This document shows, one piece after another, positions 8,934 to 16,047 of a DNA stretch of 24,330 nt. A program made the translations under genes and the position numbers. The notes beneath the pieces were generated by a model. It searched no databases, had not been told where the DNA came from, and saw nothing but the letters and a program-made list of their open reading frames with translations. Position 1 is the stretch's first letter. Each line of letters begins with the position of its first letter. The DNA comes from a virus. Lineage: Duplodnaviria > Caudoviricetes. Where the stretch lies: the IMG/VR virus record IMGVR_UViG_3300020045_003053, positions 1 to 24,330 of that record; one strand, 5' to 3'.

Positions 8934-11348
8934 ATGCCAAACACAAATAGAAAGTATTTAGAAAATAAAGAGTTGCTTAAAAACCCTAAAATAAGGGCAA
9001 TGCTTGATGTGATAGGAACAGCAGAAGGTGCAACTTATAATACAAGAGTAGGAGGCGCAACTTTTGACGATTTAAGTAAAAAACCAGGAAAATCTACCTA
9101 TATACCCTCCATAAAACAAAATTCAACTGCTGAGGGACGATATCAATTTTTAAATTCTACATGGGGTGGAGTAGCTAAAGACTTAGGTATTTCAGATTTT
9201 TCTCCAGAGTCTCAAGATATTGCCGCAATAGAACTGATAAAAAGGAGAGGAGCTTTAAATGATATTTTAACAGATAATTTTGATAATGCTATTTACAAAC
9301 TTTCTCCAGAATGGGCATCTTTACCGACACCCACAGGAAAAGGATATTATGCAGGACAAAAAGCTAAAAATATAAATAAATTAAGAAGTATTTTTTCAGG
9401 AGCATCTAGTGCAACACCTACTGAGTATGACATAAAAGAAGTAAAACCACAATATCAAGAAACTCAAGGATTTTTAACAGTAAATCAAGGAGAACAACAA
9501 ACAGCAGGAGAATGGACAGAACCAAAAGAAGTTTCTGAGGCTAAAACTCAATTAATTCAAGCCCAAAATGAAGAAAATTTCATAAAAGAGTTTCAAGCAA
9601 TTGGCGCACAACAAGAAGAAATACAGCAAGAACAACCTAATTATTTACAAAGTCAAGAACTATTCACTCTAGCACCAACTGAGCAAATACAATATAATAC
9701 GCCACAGGAATTCCAACGAGGAGGAATATCACAATTTAAAAAGAAACCTTTTCAGTTAAAAAGCGAAGTAAATCAAGTTAAAAGAGAAGCTACAAATATT
9801 TCAAAACAACAAGCAAGACCATTACAACAGTTAAATGTAAGGAATAAAACGGATAAAGAAATAGCCCAAGAAAGAGAGCAAAGAATACAAGCAAGTGTTG
9901 AAGCACAAAAAGTCCCTTATACAAAAGAAAATTGGAGACAGCAATTAGCAAATGAGACACTAGCAACAGGAGATAAGCTAAGAGTAAGTTTAGAACCTAA
10001 CTTTTTTGATGATTATTTAAATCCCGCTGCAATGGTAGGAAATATGGCATCTAATTTAGGAAAAGCCCCATTACAAGCACAACAGTCCGATTCAAATTTA
10101 CCATATATAACAGCTATTGGAGCACCATTGGTAACAGGAGCTTTGGCGGGAATAGGAACAAAAACAACAGGGCAGTTTGTGAATAACGTAGGAAACCCTT
10201 TAGCAGGAACAGGTGATTTATTAAAAAATATTAATAATCCTATAAATATAGTTAGAGACATCAGTGCTAAAAATAAAGTATTGAAATTAGCTAAGGAAAA
10301 CAAAGACTTTTTTAATTCTGAAATTGGAAAAGAACGTTTAAGAGATATTGGTATAAACCCCTCAGATTTAGAATATCCTTCAATAACATTTAAAAAACAA
10401 GGAAGTGGATATTTTGATAAAAACATAAACATAGACCTTAAGCAGATAAGAGATATTAAAAAAGAAGGTTTAATGTCTTCTCCATCTTCTGTTTACGACC
10501 ATGAAAATGCACATTGGTTACAAGAACAAAAAGGCAAGAATACGGATGAGTATCAAAATGCCTTATTAAATCACCAAAGAGAAATTGATAAATATGATGA
10601 TAAGGTAGAATGGTATAAAGAAAACAATTATGTACAAGGCGACCCACCTCAAAAACCTAATGTAGGCTCTGTAAATGCAGATTATAAAACAAACGTAGAT
10701 TACTATTTACATGAAAAATTTAACACTCTTGATGAGAATAAAATACTTTCAAGAATAAAAGAGCAAGGTGTAAAAAACCCAGACGATATAAGATATCATA
10801 ATGCTTTGCATTTTACAGACAAACAAGAACCATTTGCCTATATAAGAGAATTTAGAAGGGACTTAATTGATAAAAAATACATAAAAAACATTAGTGACCC
10901 AATAACAGAAGAAACTATTAAAAATTTTATAAAAAAAGAGCCAAAAGCTAGAATGTCTAGCATTATAGGAGGAGACGATAATTTAGTAAAAGCAGTTAAA
11001 AACGTAATTAATGGAATACCTGCAATAGCTCCGATAGCAGGAGCAGCCTATTTAACCACACAAGGAGAATCTGAATTCCAACAAGGAGGAATAATAAATG
11101 ATAATAGAGGACAGTGGGAATATCCAGGAGAAATAACACAAATTAACTCTCCAAGTATAACTATGAAAAACGTTCCATATCCCGTTTTGGGAATTGCAGA
11201 TACAGGAGAACAAATAATGATGTACCCCAACGGCGAATATTATTTTGAAGGGGCAAAAACTATCACAGAATACCCACAAGTAACAGATAAGGAGAAAGCA
11301 AACTTAAAGGCAAAATCCAAACATAAAAATAAAAGATTTTCAAAATGA
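8934..11348 (+). CDS. Multidomain virion cargo protein: N-terminal lambda-R-like (GH104-type) lytic transglycosylase, central HExxH zincin-like domain, C-terminal beta-rich domain
   Basis: IRAMLDVIGTAEG...STAEGRYQFLNSTW...FSPESQDIAAIELIKRRGAL...EWASLP is a lambda-lysozyme-like signature (catalytic Glu candidate at 9024). HENAH lies at 10500-10514 with a downstream EPFA. The start is moved to ATG 8934 because the TTG start at 8895 runs through the terminator hairpin. Confidence 0.8.
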   Translation: MPNTNRKYLENKELLKNPKIRAMLDVIGTAEGATYNTRVGGATFDDLSKKPGKSTYIPSIKQNSTAEGRYQFLNSTWGGVAKDLGISDFSPESQDIAAIELIKRRGALNDILTDNFDNAIYKLSPEWASLPTPTGKGYYAGQKAKNINKLRSIFSGASSATPTEYDIKEVKPQYQETQGFLTVNQGEQQTAGEWTEPKEVSEAKTQLIQAQNEENFIKEFQAIGAQQEEIQQEQPNYLQSQELFTLAPTEQIQYNTPQEFQRGGISQFKKKPFQLKSEVNQVKREATNISKQQARPLQQLNVRNKTDKEIAQEREQRIQASVEAQKVPYTKENWRQQLANETLATGDKLRVSLEPNFFDDYLNPAAMVGNMASNLGKAPLQAQQSDSNLPYITAIGAPLVTGALAGIGTKTTGQFVNNVGNPLAGTGDLLKNINNPINIVRDISAKNKVLKLAKENKDFFNSEIGKERLRDIGINPSDLEYPSITFKKQGSGYFDKNINIDLKQIRDIKKEGLMSSPSSVYDHENAHWLQEQKGKNTDEYQNALLNHQREIDKYDDKVEWYKENNYVQGDPPQKPNVGSVNADYKTNVDYYLHEKFNTLDENKILSRIKEQGVKNPDDIRYHNALHFTDKQEPFAYIREFRRDLIDKKYIKNISDPITEETIKNFIKKEPKARMSSIIGGDDNLVKAVKNVINGIPAIAPIAGAAYLTTQGESEFQQGGIINDNRGQWEYPGEITQINSPSITMKNVPYPVLGIADTGEQIMMYPNGEYYFEGAKTITEYPQVTDKEKANLKAKSKHKNKRFSK

Positions 11349-12913
11349 GAAGAAAATATCAAAAAAAAGTAAATATGTATAAAGAAGGTGGACAATCTAA
11401 GCAAGATTGGATTAATAAAAAAACTTCTTTCTTAATTGAAAAAGAAAATTACGACCCAAAACAAGCATACGCTATTGCAAATTCCATGTATAATAGTGAA
11501 AATAAAATGCAAGATGGTGGAAAAATAAACTATTTTGATTACAAAAAAACAGGAGATAAAAATATATCTGCAAATGATGTTGCAAGTATAAATCAATCTA
11601 CAGGAATACAATTTACACCTGAATTCTCACAAGCTTATTTTTCAAATCAATCAGCTCCACAACAAGTAAACACGCCAACAAACTATACTCAAAAGCCTAT
11701 TATTGATATCACTTCAGATGGGCAATTTACAGACAGAAAAGTTTGGAGGACTCAAAGACCTGAATGGTTTATAGGAAAACAAGAACCAATCGAAGGTAAA
11801 GATTATACAACAATTCCTTACAAACAGTGGACTCCTTATCAAAAAAGTTCTGAATATGCTGCATATATGGGACAAGCTCCTCAAAATAACCAACTGGCAG
11901 AAATGAAAGAAGGTGGTGTTTTACCTCAGTATCAAAATGCAGGAATGATTCCTCCAAGTAATCAATTTACAAATTGGCTAGGAGGGCTAGGTTCTCAAAC
12001 GTCACAAGGGACAAACGCGAAACAAAATACTACAACATCTTTACAATCCCCGAATACACTTTTTACAAATTACGGTACACCAACAACTTGGACAATGCCT
12101 CAAACAACAAGTGCTCCCATACAACAAAAACAAACAGTAAGTCCAACTACTACAGTTGCACAAGCACCAACTGTTATAACACAAGAGCGAAATATTACAC
12201 AACTACCTACAATTACACCTGCAACTAGCACATATGGCACACCACAAGAACAACTAGCAAAATCAGCCCAAGTAGCTACAGCTGACATCCAAACTAATAC
12301 GTTAGGTTCTGATGGCACACAAACACAGCAATCAGAAGAAAACCAACCGTTTCAATTTTATAACCCTTATGCTGGATTTAATATACCACAAGCGGCAGGA
12401 TATTTAGGAGAGTCAATTGCAAATAAAGATACAGCAGGTATAGTATTTTCAGGATTAAAATTAGCTACAGGATTAGCTAGAAATATAGGAATGGGGCTAG
12501 GAGCAGGAAACAGACAAAATCAAGTAATGAAAAGTTACGCAGAAAGTCAAAGAGATACTGTAACAGGAGCTAATAGACCTCAAGTTTTATCCGACCAAGG
12601 AAGTAATGAAGGATTGGGGTATTATCAAGAAGGAGGATTACAACAAAATCCACAAGAACAAATGTTAATGCAAGTTGCAGAAGCTATACAAGGCGGCGCA
12701 CAACCAGAAGAAGTATTACAACAGCTGATAACCAACGGACTTAGCGAAGAAGAAGCTACACAGTTAATTCAAATGGTAATGCAAGAACTACAAGGACAGC
12801 AAGAACAGCCTCAAATGAAAAAAGGTGGAGATTTTTCAGAATTAAAAGGTAAGAGAATTTTAGATTATAAATTAGATGAACAAGGAAATTACATCGTTGA
12901 GTATGAAGACTAA
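11345..12913 (+). CDS. Putative virion cargo/ejection protein, Q/T/P-rich, with six xxxGG-type motifs
   Basis: 522-aa ORF with an ATGA overlap with the upstream stop. It has a low-complexity T/Q/P linker, a Gly-rich hydrophobic stretch AGIVFSGLKLATGLARNIGMGLGAG, and motifs YKEGG, MQDGG, MKEGG, YQNAG, YQEGG and MKKGG. Confidence 0.65.
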   Translation: MRRKYQKKVNMYKEGGQSKQDWINKKTSFLIEKENYDPKQAYAIANSMYNSENKMQDGGKINYFDYKKTGDKNISANDVASINQSTGIQFTPEFSQAYFSNQSAPQQVNTPTNYTQKPIIDITSDGQFTDRKVWRTQRPEWFIGKQEPIEGKDYTTIPYKQWTPYQKSSEYAAYMGQAPQNNQLAEMKEGGVLPQYQNAGMIPPSNQFTNWLGGLGSQTSQGTNAKQNTTTSLQSPNTLFTNYGTPTTWTMPQTTSAPIQQKQTVSPTTTVAQAPTVITQERNITQLPTITPATSTYGTPQEQLAKSAQVATADIQTNTLGSDGTQTQQSEENQPFQFYNPYAGFNIPQAAGYLGESIANKDTAGIVFSGLKLATGLARNIGMGLGAGNRQNQVMKSYAESQRDTVTGANRPQVLSDQGSNEGLGYYQEGGLQQNPQEQMLMQVAEAIQGGAQPEEVLQQLITNGLSEEEATQLIQMVMQELQGQQEQPQMKKGGDFSELKGKRILDYKLDEQGNYIVEYED

Positions 12914-14822
12914 GACAATAACTATACCTAAAGAAATATTTGAAAAAACTTTTTTAAAAGACTCTTATTTTGAGGAAGGTGGAACTAAAGATAGAAAAGA
13001 ACTACATAAAGCTCTTACAGGAGAATATATGTTTGAAAATGAAGATAAGGAAGTTGTTAATGCCGAAATCGAAAAAAATGAATATTTATTCGACAGTCAA
13101 GGTATAAGAAAAGCAGAAGGAGAAACGCACGAAAATGGAGGAATCGAAGTAAATTTAGAGGAAAATACTAGAATTATATCTGACCATTTAAAATTATCGG
13201 CAAAAGAAGTTAAAAAAATAAATGACTTATACGACTTAGGAGCTAAAACTTCTGATACTTATGCTAAAGTCTTAGATAAATTTGGTAGAAAGTCAGGGCT
13301 AGATAAAATAAATAAAGAATTAGAAGAATACATTGCTAAGTTAGATAAACAACAAAAAGAAACTAAAGATGAAACAACTTTAGCTTTAAACACAGAATAT
13401 CTAACAGAAGAGATAAATGAAGAATTTAAAGAAAAAGCGCCTTTAGAAAAAGAAAGAGAAACCGTGTTTAATTCTTTATTTGAAATGCAAGAAGCATCAA
13501 AAACAGCAGAAAAAGATAAAAATAGTTTTCAAACAGGTGGTACTGTGACATATAATGGAGACCCTGTTATAGAGATAGGTAAAAAATATAATATTTCTCC
13601 TGAGAGAGCAAAAGAACTTATAGCTTCATTTAAAAAAGGTGGGCAAGTTTTACCAGAATATCAAGATGCAGGAACATATACAGAAGAAAAACAAAGAGAA
13701 AGATTTAAAGACTTTTATAAAGAAGCTCAAGCATTAGGTTATGAAGGAGATGCTAATCCTAAAGCAAAAGATTTAGGTGCAGAAGCAGGAAAATTGCAAA
13801 AATTCATGGCTGAAAAAGCCCCAGAAGCAGTTTTATCGTATTTCTTAGAAAGTGGGCAACCAATGACAGCTAAGGGAGTTGATATTTTGAAACAACAAAA
13901 TCCTGAAGCATTTCAACAATTAGGCTTATCAATCAACAAAGATTCTGCTTTATACACCACAGAAGAGAAAGAAAAACTAAAACAGACTTTAGGAAACAAA
14001 TTAGATAATACTTTTTGGATAGAACAGTTTAAAGATAATAAATGGGATTGGAGATTTCCAGCAGTAAGCCCAAACATGATAGCACAACCTGTAGGAATGG
14101 CTAATCAATTACCTACAGCACAGGGGATACCACAACCAAATGAAATTATACAGCCTTTACCAGCAGTAGAACAAAGTCCATCAGAAAAAATAACGCAACC
14201 CAATAGAAGCGGAATGTTTTTGACACCTGACCAAACACCTTTATCTCCAGGAAGTCAGATGGCGCACTTAAAACCGCAAAGAAGATTTGAAAGAATTGAC
14301 CCTGTATATATTTCACCAGAAAGACAACTAGCAGAAATAGATAGACAGCAACAACAAGCTTACAATAATATTTCAATGTTACCTGACCAACAAGCAGCAG
14401 CAGTTTTCTCTTCAATGGGAGCAAATACAGCAGATGCAACAAGTAAAGTTATAGGAGAGGTAAATAGATATAATGCTCAAGCACAAGAAGGAGCTAACAG
14501 AACAAATGCTCAAATAGCTCAATCAGAGGAGAATGCGGCGTGGCAAGATGCTTTAAACTATGAAAGAAACACTTACTTAGCTAAAGATAAAACAGACCAA
14601 GATTGGAGAGCTTATTATAATCGACTAGCAGAAAATCAAATGAATGATTGGAAAACAGTTGAAATTTTAAATAGAGGAAATGCTATGAACCCTGAAGTTC
14701 AGTTTACAGGACAAGGGTATGAAGTAGCTAAACCTACTTTCTCAATACCAACTACTTCTGCGCAAGCAACAACTAAAAAAACTACACCAAAGAAAAAGAA
14801 TGGTGGAAGATTTAAAAAATAA
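12903..14822 (+). CDS. Putative virion cargo protein (crAss-like, HENGG-motif domain)
   Basis: Long ORF whose start is either 12876 or, more likely, the ATG at 12903 that overlaps the upstream gene by 11 nt. It contains NAEIEKNE...GETHENGGIEV...IISDHLK, a motif I recall from crAss-like cargo proteins, plus coiled-coil segments, a Q/A/N-rich C-terminus and a terminal KKKNGGRFKK. Confidence 0.7.
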   Translation: MKTKTITIPKEIFEKTFLKDSYFEEGGTKDRKELHKALTGEYMFENEDKEVVNAEIEKNEYLFDSQGIRKAEGETHENGGIEVNLEENTRIISDHLKLSAKEVKKINDLYDLGAKTSDTYAKVLDKFGRKSGLDKINKELEEYIAKLDKQQKETKDETTLALNTEYLTEEINEEFKEKAPLEKERETVFNSLFEMQEASKTAEKDKNSFQTGGTVTYNGDPVIEIGKKYNISPERAKELIASFKKGGQVLPEYQDAGTYTEEKQRERFKDFYKEAQALGYEGDANPKAKDLGAEAGKLQKFMAEKAPEAVLSYFLESGQPMTAKGVDILKQQNPEAFQQLGLSINKDSALYTTEEKEKLKQTLGNKLDNTFWIEQFKDNKWDWRFPAVSPNMIAQPVGMANQLPTAQGIPQPNEIIQPLPAVEQSPSEKITQPNRSGMFLTPDQTPLSPGSQMAHLKPQRRFERIDPVYISPERQLAEIDRQQQQAYNNISMLPDQQAAAVFSSMGANTADATSKVIGEVNRYNAQAQEGANRTNAQIAQSEENAAWQDALNYERNTYLAKDKTDQDWRAYYNRLAENQMNDWKTVEILNRGNAMNPEVQFTGQGYEVAKPTFSIPTTSAQATTKKTTPKKKNGGRFKK

Positions 14823-14836
14823 AATAATTAATTAAC

Positions 14837-14867
14837 TTGTGTATTCTAAATAAAAGTATTAGATTTG
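14837..14867 (+). promoter_or_regulatory. Bacteroidota-type promoter TTG-N20-TAnnTTTG upstream of the homing endonuclease
   Basis: TTG at 14837-14839, a 20-bp spacer and TAGATTTG at 14860-14867, 22 bp before the ATG at 14890. This matches the established -33/-7 consensus. Confidence 0.7.
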
Positions 14868-14889
14868 CACAAGAACATTATAACTAAAT

Positions 14890-16047
14890 ATGGCGCACAT
14901 ATATAAAATAACATCACCATCAGGTAAAGTGTACGTAGGGCAATCTACAAATATCAAAACAAGATGGGAAAGTTACAAAAAAATGAGGTGTGAAGCCCAA
15001 ACTAAATTATATAAATCATTTCTAAAATACACAGTGGAAAACCACATATTTGAGATAATAGAAGAATGCGCATTTGAAGAGTTAAATATAAGAGAGCGAT
15101 ACTGGCAAGATTTTTATGAAGTGATAGATAGAAAAAAGGGACTTAATTTACTTTTAACAAAGACAGAAGAAAAACCTAAAGTAGTGTCGGAGGAAACTAA
15201 GCAGAAGCAATCTGTAGCGGCTAAAAATAAAAAATTACCTGACGGTTATCAAGAAAAAATGCAGGAGATGAGAGATAACGGAGAAGGAATGAACCTTAGA
15301 TATACACTAATAGACACACAGACACAAAAAGTTTTTTATGGGCTTAAAACAGCAAGTGAGTCAATAGGAGTAACCTCTCCGTATTTAAGTAGAATATTTA
15401 AGGATGGTGGAGAAAATAGAACAAATTTTATATTACTTGAGGACTATGAAAGCACTAAAGAGTATCCAGTAAAAGACCTAAGAATGCTTTTTAGTAATAA
15501 AAAGTGTATTATAAATACCATTACAAAAACTACATATAGCAGTATAGCTGAGTTAGCAAAATTAGAAGAAATATCTACGGATAAGTTAGGAAATATGCTA
15601 AGTGGAAGAGTAATAAACAAAACAGATTATATTTATTTAAGCAAATACGATGAAAGTTTGGAGTATAATATTAAAAATAATTACGTTAAAAAAGACTCAT
15701 CTAAAAAAGTTATAGATTTAAAGACTTTGGAAATTTACGAGTCTGTAGAAAAACTTTCAAACAATACAGATTATTCAAGTAGTCACTTATCAAATATGTT
15801 AAATGGAAAAAGCACTAATAAAACAAATTACATGTATTTAGAACACTATGATTCAACTATTAGTTACGAGATAAAAGATAACGTTGAAAAATGGATTCCT
15901 AAAAAAGTTACAAATATAAAAACGGGTGAAACAATAGATTCTGTAAGAAAAGCGGCTGAACAAATAAGTTGCTCTATAGAAAAATTAAGAAAAAAATTAA
16001 ATGGAGTTATTGAAAATGACACCGTTTTTAAATACAAAGATAAATAA
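14890..16047 (+). mobile_element. Free-standing GIY-YIG homing endonuclease gene with a NUMOD3-like segment and four NUMOD1/HTH-like DNA-binding repeats
   Basis: MAHIYKITSPSGKVYVGQSTNIKTRW...RERYWQ...GLN is a GIY-YIG catalytic module. VSEETKQKQS is NUMOD3-like. Four ~66-67-aa repeats start near 15301, 15502, 15703 and 15901. Confidence 0.9.

Noticed and set aside
14823-16047. Group I intron hosting the GIY-YIG gene
   Set aside because: The flanking genes have their own stop and start, and only 67 bp of non-coding sequence is available, too little for an intron core.
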